From: Felis catus
Lineage: Eukaryota
Direction: 5' to 3'
Assembly: GCF_018350175.1 (NCBI RefSeq)
Contig: NC_058368.1
Span: 169,572,001 to 169,636,000 of the forward strand
DNA length: 64,000 nt
Made by a program: the position numbers and the translations under genes. Below the pieces are notes generated by a model, which worked only from the letters and a program-made list of their open reading frames with translations, was not told where the DNA came from and searched no databases. Below, in pieces: positions 50,051-62,846 of this stretch (positions are counted from its first letter, which is position 1; the number at the start of each line of letters is the position of its first letter).

Positions 50051-51424
50051 GAGAATTCTCTTTGTTATTCTTCTGCAGACCTTATGTATATGATAAATGA
50101 AGTATTTTCTGACTGTGCTGTTTTCCTGCTATTTTGGAACTCGGTGAAATTTTTTGAAATTGTATTAGGAATCTTTATCATATGATTTAAACTTGCTATG
50201 ATTATCATGTTCGTCCCGTGATGACTCAGAATTCCTTAAATGACTTTTTTGTCTCCCTTCAAACAAAATCTTAGCAGTACCACTGCAAAATAACAGTGTG
50301 AAATGTCATAAAATAGGTTATTCCAGCCAAGAATCTGAGGTGAGGACAGCTTTAAATTGTTCAGGCACATTAAAGTCAAATCAGTGGTGAGAACGCTGGC
50401 AGCTCTTCAGAAAAGATGTCTCTATGGCACAGTTAAAAATTGTATCCCCTAGTGAGGATGATTAAGAACATGGGCATATTCATATCTGTGGCCACAGACT
50501 TGTAAAGGGGATCGTTTTCATCATGGGGTCGGTGCTCAACATACTCCACTCCTTTGAGTAGCCGAACACTTCTTAGTTCTTCCAAGGATTTTTAAATTTA
50601 TTTTGCTTATTATACAAGCATCTTCTCCCTTTAGGAAATGTAAAATTTATTAAGAAAATCATAACTTAAAATATTCAGAGCACTCGTAGCATCCTTACTT
50701 AAATGGATGCAAGACATTTTATTGCAAGAAAGTATATCTTGATCCCTGTAGCTGACTTGTCATATTTAGTATTTTTCTCTTGGCCTGCACAAGAAGAATA
50801 GCTTCGGTAGTGTGAATTTAAATGGTACATCAAGCTAATAAATGTGGTTGGCCTAGCAAGTGATAAGCATAACTAATTCAATTTAAATGTCTTTTATATA
50901 AAAATAATGAACCAATGCATTAAAGATTAAAAATGTTAATGCAATTAGCAAAAATTAGCATTCAATAAAAAAGTGTGTTTCAGTTCTGAGGTGGATGATA
51001 CATCATTCAGTGGCCAGATAAGGACTAAATTCAGGTACACATGATTCAACCAACGTGTATGTTAAAACTAAGTAAATAAAAATTAAATGCTTTATTTGAA
51101 GAAACTTTTATGAAACAGTAACATGTGGACGAAAAGGATACCCAAGTCCTCAGGGACTATGGAGGAAACCAAAACGTGAGGTGGCTTAACAAGAAGACTT
51201 AAAACGTAATGTCTCTTGACTCCTTGTGGGGAAGGTAGAGGGGGTGTAGCAGGTGGAAAGGCACAGTGAACATGGGACCTGAAGGGAAACGAATTTCCGT
51301 AGCTTACCCACTAAATCAAGCTTTTGTGGTTTGGGGGCGCTGACTTCAAGCCAGTGGAGTATACAGTGGTGTCAGTATTTGGCTCAATGTCACTGGGGCA
51401 TGTTGGCCCTCTCCTCATTTGCAG

Positions 51425-51535
51425 GTGGATGGCAAGCATTCTGATGAGGCAGCCTTGATCCTCCACAGGAAGGGGTTTGACTGCCGCTTCTCTAGCAGAG
51501 ACACAGGGCTGCTTTGTTCCACCACCCAGGGAAAG
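51425..51535 (+). CDS. MAN2A1: MAN2A1 coding exon (~exon 21), 111 nt
   Basis: catttgcag|GTG...AAG|gtgagc; [37 protein letters not shown]. Confidence 0.96.
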
Positions 51536-53127
51536 GTGAGCTAAAAAGTTACTTTTGCTTGTTGAGTTAGTGCGCTTTGAAATCCTTGACAATGAGATGT
51601 ACCTCGCCTCTTCACTGACTCGTTCCCCTCAGCTGCTATAATTAACTCAAGTCTTTCTATCTTAAGAAAGCACTTTCCCAACCTTCAGTCTCTTCTCCTT
51701 GTCAACATCAACATGCATGGCTGGAACACGTTTATGTTTGGAGATGACACTCTAATCCATTCTTAAGCCTTCCGTCGCTAACAAGTAAAGCATCTTCTTC
51801 CCTGCAGCGCACTGCCCCCCCCCCACCATATTTCCTCTTCTCTCAGACATACTCATGTAGGATCTATTTCAGTGAAGTCTTAGAGGGGCCAAGGCACGTT
51901 TTATAATAACTAAAGCAGGGTGGAGTATCAGGAGGGAAGCAGCAGAAAGCAGTGACATTGTGGCCATTCGGGTAGTTTAACCACTGCCCTGAAGCAGCCT
52001 TACTTAGCTCCAGTCAGTAGTTTCCCCAGGGGAAAATGCAGGTCTAGATCTCCTGATTAAGCCAGATTTGCATGTGGGTCTGTACTGGGCAGGCCAAACA
52101 GGTCCCCAGGCTGACTTGCTGGCTGCTCATTTTTTAGTTTTTTTTTTAAAAAGCTGTTGTTGCTGATAGTTCCATCAAGCCTCCTTGCAAGGAAATGAAC
52201 CTCCAGAGTTCTGCCTCTGGCTCTGATCAGGCTGTTCTAAAAGAAGACATTTGAACAGGTCCTAGCACACAGGCAGGTCTGCCCCAGAGGGCAGCTCAGC
52301 TCACCCAGCTCTTCTCCGAAACCTCACAGGTACCCTGCAGATCAGACTCAAGTGATTCAGTTTCAACCCTACAAATTAGGATGTGCATAGGATCTGAAAA
52401 GAAAAGAAAATATGGTAGGGGGTTAAAATCCACTTAAGCAGATAAGCTTCTCCATTTCTTGTACCATGCCCTATATGGAGTTGGTGTGAAGAAAGCACTG
52501 ATTTTTTTTTTTCATTATGTTTATACTTTACCTTATTACTGATGACATAAGTATATTTGGTGAGAGCATTTGTATTTACACATTAAGACATCAAGTCTTA
52601 AGGGGATTTACCATCCGGAGATACCTATTAGGATAACCTGCTTGGGGTGAGGGTAGCACTTTCCCAGCAGTCTTCCCACCCTGAAAATGGGACTTACTGA
52701 CCTGATGCACGTCCCTTGTAGTGGGCCTGTGTCCTTTCTCTCAGCTCTTTTGGAACAGGAAGAACCACACTGTTAGGTGTTAAGTGTTGAGTAAAAGAGG
52801 ATACAGATGTTTTTAAAGCTTGCTGGCCTATAGATGTTTTTTTTTCTTTTATTGAAAAAGTGCCCCCTGCACATGATAAATTCTCAAGAAATACAGAAGA
52901 GGACTGGAGAACCAACTGCCGTCTCCTCGCTTCTGGGATGGTCTGTGTGTCCAAACATGCACAGGAGTATTGAATCTCCTTCCCCTTCCCCTTTTAATCA
53001 TTAAAAGGAATCTTTAAATGCAATTTCACTCTCATACTGTTTTCCACTGAATATACAGTTGAGCTACTAATCTTTCTTCAAAGTAGACCTAACTGTGCAA
53101 CTTTTTTTTTTATCATTTACTTTCTAG

Positions 53128-53280
53128 ATTTTGGTACAGAAGCTTTTTAACACGTTCACGGTCTCAAGTCTTATACCTTCCTCGTTATCCTTGATGCATT
53201 CACCTCCAGATGCCCGAAATATAAGTGAGATCAGTTTGAGTCCCATGGAAATCAGCACATTCCGAATCCAGTTGAGATGA
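53128..53280 (+). CDS. MAN2A1: MAN2A1 terminal exon, coding part (~exon 22), 153 nt including TGA
   Basis: tttctag|ATT...AGA TGA; ILVQKLFNTFTVSSLIPSSLSLMHSPPDARNISEISLSPMEISTFRIQLR*; contains an NIS N-glycosylation sequon. Confidence 0.97.
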   Translation: MLVQKLFNTFTVSSLIPSSLSLMHSPPDARNISEISLSPMEISTFRIQLR

Positions 53281-54101
53281 ACCTGGCTTTCAAGTTTGGA
53301 TTGGGAAGCATTGTCTTTTATACACTTCTTGGTTTGACGTGCAATAAGGAAGCACATTATTTTAGCTTCTGGCTACTGTGAGAACATGAATTCTGTGATT
53401 ATTACTATTTTTTTTTACCAGTACAGAAAGAAAAAAAAGAAAGCCATGCTATAGCCAATGTTTTTTTTTTTTTTTAAAGTTCCATCCATGAACCACCACC
53501 ATCAGTATGAATTGATGCAACAACAAATGAAGAAATGTCTAAAACAGCCTCTCAACAGATTGTATCTCAGGTTAAATGCTAACTAATTATATCTGTGTTG
53601 GGGGTTGTGAAGAGGTTGCTATAAGTATTCATGTTGCTGATCCTTCGTTAGTTTTACAACAATGCCCATTTTCACCAAAATGGAACAAAAAACTGGTGAG
53701 TAATAGCTAATGGCCAAAACAGTTGCAATCATTCATACACATTAGAAAACTTTCGTGTATTGAAATATGTGGCAAAGTGCAATCCATCAACCCTTATGAT
53801 ACGTATACAGAGTTGATCTTCATACCTTTTTCTAATGTACCACTTAACCCCTCCCTTCTCACCCTTTGTAAGTATTTCCAGAAATACCAGATTTTGAATC
53901 ATTCAGTAGTAGAAAAGAGGCATATTTTCATTACTTGACAATGTGGGATAGGTGCAATTTATTCCATTGTCACTAAAATAGAAGAAGCAATTCCATAGGT
54001 ACCATAACCTATTTTAGGTACCACAAGGTGTCTTTTTACACAGCTCATTTGAATACAGATGTTCTGAGAGGGGTTTTCTATTTTAAAAATAACCATATCA
54101 A

Positions 54102-54107
54102 AATAAA
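54102..54107 (+). terminator. Candidate proximal poly(A) signal AATAAA
   Basis: AATAAA followed by U/GU-rich sequence and a G-rich block at 54164-54204. Confidence 0.4.
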
Positions 54108-55005
54108 TGTGCCTTATTTTTTTATAAGTCTTGTTAAATCCTTTGGTGTCCATATTCCTGTTAGGGGAAGAGGGGAAGTTGGAGGGGGCGGGGGAGAAGG
54201 TGGGTACTTTCTATGACACATAAAGTGTATCATTTTTGCCTGACTGGCGATGTTGGCCACATTCTGATCTGTTTCATTAAATTTGTGGTGATGTTATTCT
54301 AAACATCTTGACTATTTGAATGTACTGAGATGTCAGAAAACAAGAAAAATACTGTTTATTAAAATATGCTGCTGCCAAGAAGACTGCAGCTCGAAGCAAG
54401 GATTTTGTAACCTGCAAAATCCATACGTGGTTTCCATTTCACAGGAGGTAACCCTATGGAAGAGAGAATGCTTTAAAAGGGACCCTGTTTTGAAACCCAT
54501 TTATATGTAGCTCATCATGATTTATCTTATTAAAGAACATGTTTGTTCAGTGAATTCCAAATTTGTGTACATGCTAACCTCAAAGTGAAGTTCCAAGCCC
54601 ATGTGCCATTACAATACTTTTGATAAAATTTATTTTGGGATTATTGCTAACGTGACATTAAAATAAAAGCCACATTAGCAACATTTAGCGTATTTGATTT
54701 TAAGATAGAAAGGATTCTTTGAGTATATACACTTTTGAAAACTTTCTTTGTGTTACCTAATAATTATCTGACTTTAAACTTCCTTTCACCTCCTGCCATC
54801 CCAACGTCGTTATAGAGAAGTTAAAACCTAATTTCTGTTTCGCCGGGTAGTCCGATTATCATCTGGATTTTTTTTTTTTTTAACCAAGATGCAGCTCCTA
54901 AGATTATTGTTAAGTTATGTGAAATTCATAAACTTTTTTCGCCTTTAATAACTAAGGAAACAATACTAGTGTTGATAAAGATATTACAAGGGAGTAATTT
55001 CATGC

Positions 55006-55011
55006 AATAAA
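55006..55011 (+). terminator. Candidate poly(A) signal AATAAA
   Basis: AATAAA followed by tgtgtactgtatgtttccttcc. Confidence 0.5.
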
Positions 55012-55692
55012 TGTGTACTGTATGTTTCCTTCCTCACTTTGGGGGATAAACAACTAAAAGAAAACAAAAACACCACTTCCTTTTTGTGGACATCTGCCAA
55101 TGTTAGGATTGCTGGAAGCAAATCCCAGGAACAAGATCAGTGTTTGCGTTGCATCTTAAATGTACAACCTTCTTTGGGAGTTCACTGTGTTCTGTGGTTA
55201 AGTGGGTGTGCTTAATCGTTCTGGAAATTCTGATCAGTTGACATAAAAAATCTTGATGCAATAACGGTGGTTTTGCCACCCCTGGTTGGGTAAGATGGGT
55301 CTCTCCCACATCAGGCAGGCCTTCATTGTGTGTTACCACCAGCCGTTCACAGGTAAAGCAGAAATTCTCTTTAAACCAGCAAGGTTCTGCTTTTTATTTT
55401 TAGAATAAATCATCAGGGATATGAACAGAGGATGCTTTTGCTTTGGGTTGTGGTCAAGAACTGATTAAATAATTCAGTGTCTCCAGCACCCACTAAAAAC
55501 CACACACTTCGGTTGTGATCTCAGTGGCATATTTGTTTGCTTCAGTTTTATTACATTGGTTATCACAGTGTTCCGTTGGTCAAGTAGTTCCTTCCTTTCT
55601 ATGAGCTTTTTTTTTTTTTTTAATTTTAACTTGAGCTTATACCTGCCATGTTTGAGAACTCCGCATCCTTGTTTTCTTCAAATACTGATTAA

Positions 55693-55698
55693 AATAAA
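55693..55698 (+). terminator. Candidate poly(A) signal (overlapping ATTAAA/AATAAA)
   Basis: gattaaaataaaat with downstream GU-rich gtgtggtg...tgtctttgttgt. Confidence 0.5.
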
Positions 55699-55904
55699 AT
55701 GCTATAAAACGTGTGGTGAATCGTTGTAATTACCTGCCCATGTCTTTGTTGTACTTGTGCCGAAATGTTTTTACATTCCTTTGTCTGGAAGAAAGTCTCT
55801 GCTTTCATTTTGATTATGTTGCTTACCTTGGAATCAAATAGGTTTTGATATTTTTCTCTTGGAAGATTTTATATCTTTTTGGGAATATGTAATATAAGAT
55901 CTCT

Positions 55905-55910
55905 AATAAA
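55905..55910 (+). terminator. Candidate distal poly(A) signal AATAAA
   Basis: Upstream TGTA and U-rich sequence, CA about 15 nt downstream, then gtggttcttc...ttattttgt. Confidence 0.6.
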
Positions 55911-56819
55911 AGATAAATCTTACCATGTACATGGTCCTCTAGAGTGGTTCTTCAGTCTTATTTTGTAAGCAACCTGTATGAATACATTTTGAGGGGAAGG
56001 ATGGAGCAGTGAGGATCTATCTGTTCTTTGTTTCTTTAAGAACGAATCACTCTATCTTCAGCCCAATTCCAGTTAGAAAAGATAGTTTTAGAGAGCAAGT
56101 GGCAGAGAGGGGTGATAGTGAGTTTCAAGTCTGGGTCAGGGGTCACCTCTGAGTGTGGAGTCTAGGAACCTCAACAACATGGTACCTGTGGAGCCTTCTG
56201 AGCCAATTGGAGGGGCAGGTGCTGGTCAGATTCCATATGTTGCAAGATAAAAATGAGGAGAGTAAGACAACACATAAGCTAAGAAGTTCCTTGTGAGCTG
56301 ATCCGGAAGGTAAAGTGGGTTGCAAGAGTGACATCTGGAGGCAGTCTGCCAGCCTGCTGGCCCCAATCAGCACCCAGTGTAGTAGCTTTCAGGGAGTCCC
56401 TTCAAAGCCAGGAGGTGGGAGAAGGTGAAGGATAAATATACGGGAAGTTCGTATGGTCAGCCAGGCACATGACACATGCTAACTGGGGGATTTGGACTTG
56501 TTTTGGGTGACGTTAGTAAAGAGGTTAATCAATTTGTAATATGTATGTGCCAAACTGTAAAAACTTAAATATTAATATCAATAAAATTTCATCAGCAGAT
56601 AATGAAGATTCTTTGGCTCCATAATATTTGATTATCAACATGTCAAAATAATTTGAGTATTAAAAGTGGTAAAGAAAATCTTAATTTAGGTAGGTCTATG
56701 CTCACACACCTTAGGGAACTTATTACTGAGTGGTTGAGGGGTAGCTCGAAGGGTTGTGGAGGAGGGTGAGCAAGGCCCATGTTGCTGCTGTATGTCAAAG
56801 CGGAGCACAGATGCCTGAA

Positions 56820-57200
56820 GAGAGGTTGTAACAGACAAGACTCCCCTCAGTGTAGACCAGCTTAAGCAAGAACAAAATTTATTGTCCCCAGTAACTGATG
56901 GTCCAGAGTAGATGGAGAGCACTCCAAATACAGCCATAGCTAAGTATGAGATGATGTCACCCAGGATCTGTCTTTATCTCCTGGTTTTGCTTTTCTCTCA
57001 TTCTCCTTCTGGGGCAAGGGCTGCACATTTGGGGGCAAAATGGCTGGCAGCTGACGCAAAGATGCAGCTGAGTGACCCCACTGTAAAGAGAGCACCTTTA
57101 TCTAATTTTCCAGCAAATGTCCTGGCATTGATGTCATTTGTTGTCATTTGGCTCATATGCTAATGACTGTGGTGAGGGCAGAATTAGGGTCAAAGGAATC
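56820..57200 (-). mobile_element. Old MaLR LTR (MLT1J/K-like) fragment
   Basis: gttgtaacagacaaga...agcttaagcaagaacaaaatttattg...gtaactga; ggcaaaatggctg. Confidence 0.55.
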
Positions 57201-57585
57201 ACATGGAATCACATGGGTGAGAAATAGACACCCCCCCCCACCCCGACACCCGCTCTGGCTGCCAACCTGCCCCACCCCACTGCCACACACCCAGAGAAGA
57301 TGGGATTCTACAGCCAGAGAAAAGAGTGAGATACTTGAAATACTAGGCAGACAAAATACAGTAGAAATACACGGCAGAGAAAAACCAAACATACAGATTT
57401 AAAGGAAGCATCACACCTAATTTCAGTTCTAGGAAGGTTCCATACAAGAAGTAGACTTGAGATAGTTCTTAAAAGATGCATTTGATTTTAACAGAGACAA
57501 TGTGCGTGTCCCCATAAAAAGACCAGAATGAGGAAAGATGGTAACAGCAAGCATAGAGAACTAGACATAGTTTCTTCTGTCTGGA

Positions 57586-57775
57586 GCAGCGCCATCCAAT
57601 AAAACTTTCTTTAATAATGGCAAGTTCTTTATAAACGCTCTGTCCAATATAACAGCCACTAGCCCCGTGTGGCTTTTGAATATTTGAAATGTGGTAGTGC
57701 AACTAAGAAACTGAGCATCTTATTTTAGTTTAATTAAATGTAAATAGCAACATGTAGCCACTGTTTTTAGCACGG
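57586..57775. mobile_element. MER3-like hAT MITE
   Basis: cagcgccatccaataaaactttct...tgtccaatataacagccactagccccgtgtggct...ttgaaatgtgg. Confidence 0.85.
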
Positions 57776-57849
57776 TGTGGTGAACATGGTATGTAGAAGA
57801 TAGCAGTAGGAAAAACAACGAAATAAGGTCACATTGTGCTAGAATCCTG

Positions 57850-58285
57850 CTGCTAGTGTCCTTCTCAGACTAGAAGCAGTGGCATCACCTGGAAACTTCC
57901 GTTAGAAGTTTCTGTTAGAAATGCAGAATCTCAGGGGGCGCTTGGGTGGTTCAGTCAGCTAAGTGTCCAACTTCTGCTCAAGTCATGATCTCAAAGTTCT
58001 TGAGTTTGAGTCCCAAGTCCGGCTCTGTGCTGACAGCTGGGAGACTCGAGCCTGCTGGAGAATAACATATTCTGCTTCAGATTCTGTGTCTCCCTCTCTC
58101 TCTGGCCCTTCCCCACTCATGCTCTGCCTCTCTCCCTCTCTCGAAAGTAAACATTTTAAAAGTAAAAAAAAAAAAAAAAAAAGAAAAGGAATACAGAATT
58201 TCAGGCCCCACCGCAGACCTGCTAAGTCACAATCTGCACTTTAAAAAGATCCCTAGAGGATTCACATACACACTAAAGCATTGGC
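57850..58285. mobile_element. MER5A-like element interrupted by a SINE
   Basis: gcatcacctggaaactt..gttagaaatgcagaatctcagg [SINE] aggccccaccgcagacctgct...aatctgcactttaa. Confidence 0.8.
57934..58185 (+). mobile_element. Can-SINE nested in the MER5A-like element
   Basis: TSD aatgcagaatctcagg/aatacagaatttcagg; long poly(A). Confidence 0.93.
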
Positions 58286-58469
58286 CCAGAACATTCCTCA
58301 GGAAGTAATTTCTCTATGCTCTTATCGAACATTTCTAAACAGCTCTTGACCGTAACTCCTATACCCTACAATGTCTAGGAAGCACCCCGTAAAACCTGTC
58401 CGCTTGTCCCACCGCCACCCAATTCCAAGCCATCTCCATGTACATGGATTCTGCCTTTGCCTTATAACA

Positions 58470-59107
58470 GCTCTGTCTACTTCTGGTTCTGCCCCTTACG
58501 TCTCTTTTATTTCACACAGAAGCCAAAAAGTAAAATTGGAAAAACTTCTTGCCTGTTGAAAATTGTGTTTCCTGTTACTACTTGGAATAACATATAAACT
58601 TTCACCATGGCCTAGAAGCCCTGCCTGGCTTGGTCCCTATCCTACTTCATCTCAACTTTGGGAAGCAGGGAGGCATTTAAGAAGTCCTCTCCTGACCCCA
58701 CTCAGCCTTATCTTCTACCACACCTCCTAACTGTTGTCTAGGTGTCTTATGGGTGTCTCACATGCCAAGATTATTCCTCTTGGAGGCTTTTTGCACTCGT
58801 CCCTTCTGCTTCAAAGTTGCTCTCAAATCTTCCCCTGGCAGGCACCTTATTTTTCTGGTTTGCTTCAAGCATCCTCTTCTCAAGAATCTTCCTTGACCGG
58901 CCAACTTATATCAGTCCCGCCTGCACGCCCTCACTGAGTATTGTTATGATACTACTTCTTTTCTTCATAGAGCCAGACTTGAGATTTTAGTTTGCCTTCC
59001 TCACTGGATCATAAGCTCTCCTGAGGGCAAGAGCCCCAGCATTTCTTCAGCACTGCATCCACAGAACAGCAGGGGCTCAGAAAATATTTGTTCAATAAAT
59101 AAATAAA
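58470..59107 (+). mobile_element. L2 3' fragment
   Basis: cactggatcataagctctcctgagggcaag...ggctcagaaaatatttgttcaataaataaataaa. Confidence 0.7.
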
Positions 59108-59319
59108 GATACGCTTACCTCCAGGAAACGTTGTGAAATAAAAATTGTAATTTTCAGAATTACAGTTTTTCAACAGCTCCTTACATCTTCATCTGTTCAT
59201 GTCAGTTTCCTGCTCAAAAACCTTCAGGAAGGTCCTATTACCAGAAATTAAGGTACAGCTGTTTCAAGCTGCATTCCTAATCTCTCTAAAGGATGTGGCC
59301 TCCTTAGGGAAGATATTAT

Positions 59320-59850
59320 AGTTGCTTAACAACCAGCCATTGCCCCTCTGCCTTCCTTGCTAATAAAACCCGGATTTTATTCATAATCAGATACTCATGA
59401 GCTTCAGGAGGTGAATTGCTCTTGCTCTAAGTTAGTCATGATAATTTTCTTCTCCAGGCTGGATAATGAATTTAGGAATTGGTATGTGACACAATTTTGG
59501 CCATTGAACTATCATGGGAAGCCAACTGGGGACTCCTGGCAGAGGCCTCCTCTCTCTTCAGAAGGAGAGAGCATTGCCTTTAGAGGGCAATGTTTAAAGG
59601 CGGTATTGATGTCAGTGTTGATGCTGGAGCTGATGCAGCCATTTTGCAAGCCTATAGCAACAAGGCTGAGGACAAAAGTCAACTAGATGACCAAGTGAAA
59701 AATGAGTAGAGCCTGGGTCCCTGATGATGTTGAGCAGCTGAATGAACCCCCTCCAACCTTCTTGTTATGTGAAATAATGTCACTTTACTATTTAAACCAT
59801 TTGGAGTTTACTGTTTTGTTATAAAGAGCTAAAAACATGTAAACTGATGC
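59320..59850 (+). mobile_element. Old MaLR LTR (MLT1J/K-like)
   Basis: gtatgtgacacaattttggccattga...ctggagctgatgcagccattttg...cctgggtccctgatgatgttgagcagctgaat...cttcttgttatgtgaaataa. Confidence 0.75.
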
Positions 59851-62659
59851 TTCTCACTGCTGCCCCAGCACCATGCTTTCTTGTTTAGATACTTTCCCAA
59901 ATGGGTGCACTTGTACTTGAGCAACTAAGGCTCAATGGTAGTCAGTTCCTCAGAACACAGCCTCTTTGTCCCTACCGCTATCACCACCTTGCATATTTTG
60001 CTCAACATGTTTAATAAAACTGTGTCTAGTTATATTGTGTAGAGATTGTTTTTTAATTGTAAGGTGAGAAGAAGGGTTTTAAAAAATGCAAAGTGAATTC
60101 AGGATGTGTGTACTAGCAACATGCCTGAAGATTGCAGAGTTCCTTTGGCACATACAGTCAAGTGTTTCATTCACTTCAAATGTGGGATTGGGGCCGGCTC
60201 CTGTGTAGCAAGATGAACCTTCCAAATGTCAAACAAAATCTGGAGGCAGAGGAGAAAAGGACCAAGGGGCTGGGATGGGAGCAATGAGTCAGGAGCACTA
60301 GCTTCTTTGAAGTACGTCAGCTAACACTTGAAATATTTTAATATTTTTTTCCAAATATGTGCATATCATTGAAGGACTGTAAGTGAATTTCTGAATCTCC
60401 CAATAGGCAAAGGAGGGAAATTGGAATAGTGCTATTTAAAAGGGCATATTTTAAGGGCTTTGATGGAGCCTAGTGTTGTTGGCTCGTATGCTTCATATAG
60501 CTTTCCAATTTTTTTATTCACAGGCTTAGCCTTGGGGCTCATTTTCTGGTCCCAAATCTAAATAGCAACGCTAGCAAGCAAGATGTGTCCCTAGGGTCTG
60601 GGTATATAAAACATTCCACTAAACCAAATGGAGCCTTCATTGGTTGGCTTTCAAAACAAGATCTCAAGTTGTGGTGAGGCCTTTGTTTAGGTCCGAAACT
60701 CCCCTCTGGAGCAGAAGATCACAGCACTTGCCTTTCTTGGAATGGATTTCCTTGCCACACGCAGGATTGAAATCATTTTGGGCCAGCTGTATGGAAGTGA
60801 GTTCTCATGAAAAACAATTTGACTCATTCCTCTGTCTTGCTAAATGGATTTTTTTAAGTGCAGTTAATAAGATTACTTTGAAGTTAGAATCTGTTTTCTT
60901 AGGTAAAATCTACAAATTCATCCTCATTGAATTTATGGAGCTACCCTTAATAGAGTCTGAAGGTAATCGGTTTTAGATTTTGCACTGAGCTTTCAATAAA
61001 CATTAACTGAAGTTGTCATTTGGGCAGGGTACCAATGCCAGGCTCTGAGGGAAGAGGATTTTAATAATCCTGCCCTATGGTCTAGTAAAGGAGAGAAGTC
61101 CTGTCTGGAGTCAAGATGCCACACCATCAGGGAGCAAGAGAGCCACATTAATGCTGGCTGCACAGATGATGGATATTTGGAGTACAGGGGAAGGAGACTT
61201 GGCTTCTTCCGGAGGAGGGAAGGCAGGGAGGTGGGAGGATCTGAGCTGAGCCTGGAAGGATAGAAGTATATCACCAACTAGGTGTGGGAGAGGAGATGGC
61301 CTGAAACCAACAGCACCAAAACAAGACATCTCAAATCTGGTGGAAGTTTTGTGAAGGGGAATCACTGGAAGTTAGGCTGGAAGTATTTTTGCTGAATCTA
61401 AAGACTCTCCATAATCTGTATCTAGGCTTTGGACTTGACCAAAGAAAATGGATATGGCAGTGTGCACATGACTATTGATCTGTAGGTACATTTAAGAATA
61501 TGAAAGGCAGGAAGAAGGTGTGTCATTATCAGGAAATTTTAATGTAACTTCACATAATTGCCAAAATTGTGAAGAAAGGGACACCTATATTTCTGAATCT
61601 GTGGTTCTTTTATTGAGCCACTTGATACTGGATTAAGGCAGTTATGAATTGTATATTTCTTATTATGAACCTCTTGACTCTAGAGATCTGTAGTGACCAC
61701 ATGGTGAAGACTTCCAGTGCAATAGTAGTGCCTTTTCCAAGCTTGGACAGAACAATTTTACAAGGCATTGCATTAGTCCACACTCAATCTACTCCAGGAC
61801 TATCTCCTGGGTTTAATTTGTCAACCATAAATTCAGGAATATTTGTCACCTAGATAGGAGGTTAAAGAATTGATGAGACACATTATTAAATACTTTCAAC
61901 TTTAAAAGGGTTTAATATTTTAAAGTTTAGTAGATCCTTGTCATAATGCAATCTCTTGGGCCTGTGTCATTGAAATGTAATAATAATGAGGTTTTGTAAT
62001 TCAGTGAAAAACTGCATAAGGTGAAAGAATAGCCCACCTTATCCTGAATCCCACCCTATTTGCATGAGGAGAGATGAGCAGGGTTTCAACAAAGTCCAAA
62101 CCCCAGTAGCTTTAACAAGTTCCTGTAGCTTTAACAAGGACAAGGAAACTGTCCTAACTGTCCATTTCCTAACAAGGAAAATGGAGCTCTGTGGGGTACA
62201 AAATTTCAAATTAGAAGGAAATGCAAGGGGCAGGGTGGCACCAGTGAAAACGACTGGTCTTTGAAACTATGCACCTGGCTTCATTAAAATCTCTAGAAAT
62301 AAACAATGAAAGTGAGAGCTGTTCAATATTTAAAAAGAAACTACCTATTCGAGCACCTGGTGTCAGGGAGCCAGGAGGCTGTAGGAGTTCAGAACTTGCC
62401 AGGGTTCCAAGTAGAAGACAAACTGTCTGTCTCAGGCATACAGAGGCCTGGGAGCTCAGAGTGTGATGTTACCATCTGTGTGATTGTCACAATCAGCTAC
62501 CCAGTAATGTTCATAAAGCAGTGAGGGGCTCATGACAGTGGGCACATTTTGGCTTTTCTGGAAGCCAGGGAAGAAGAAAGCAGCACTAAATGTTGATTCC
62601 TTTGTTTCTCTTCCTTTTTTGGAAGGTATGGCAAAAAGTAAAGCAGTGGTAATACAATA

Positions 62660-62825
62660 ACAAAAAAAATAATAATAATAATTGCCAACATTTATCGAGC
62701 GTTATGTGCCAGGCACTGTGAACACATGACATACTTATGTCATTTAATCCTTACAACCAACCTATACAGCTATGCTATTATTATACCCATTTTACAGAAT
62801 GGGAAAGTGAAGGTTAATGAGAGTG
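62660..62825 (-). mobile_element. MIR
   Basis: aacatttatcgagcgttatgtgccaggcactgtg...catttaatccttacaac...cccattttacaga. Confidence 0.85.
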
Positions 62826-62846
62826 AACTCCAACCGTGGTCTATCT

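Larger units (their letters stand above)
53281..55930 (+). other. MAN2A1: MAN2A1 3' UTR (longest plausible extent)
   Basis: Follows the stop codon; AT-rich and free of recognisable interspersed repeats; 3' end inferred from AATAAA at 55905. Confidence 0.7.

Noticed and set aside
53278..53290. Stop-codon readthrough
   Set aside because: The context is TGA-ACC, not the leaky TGA-CTA type
51311..53357. Minus-strand ORFs over the last two exons
   Set aside because: They are antisense shadows of coding exons, with no independent gene evidence
62106..62138. 14-bp direct repeat gtagctttaacaag with a 5-nt spacer
   Set aside because: Only two copies; a simple local duplication, not an array or CRISPR-like structure
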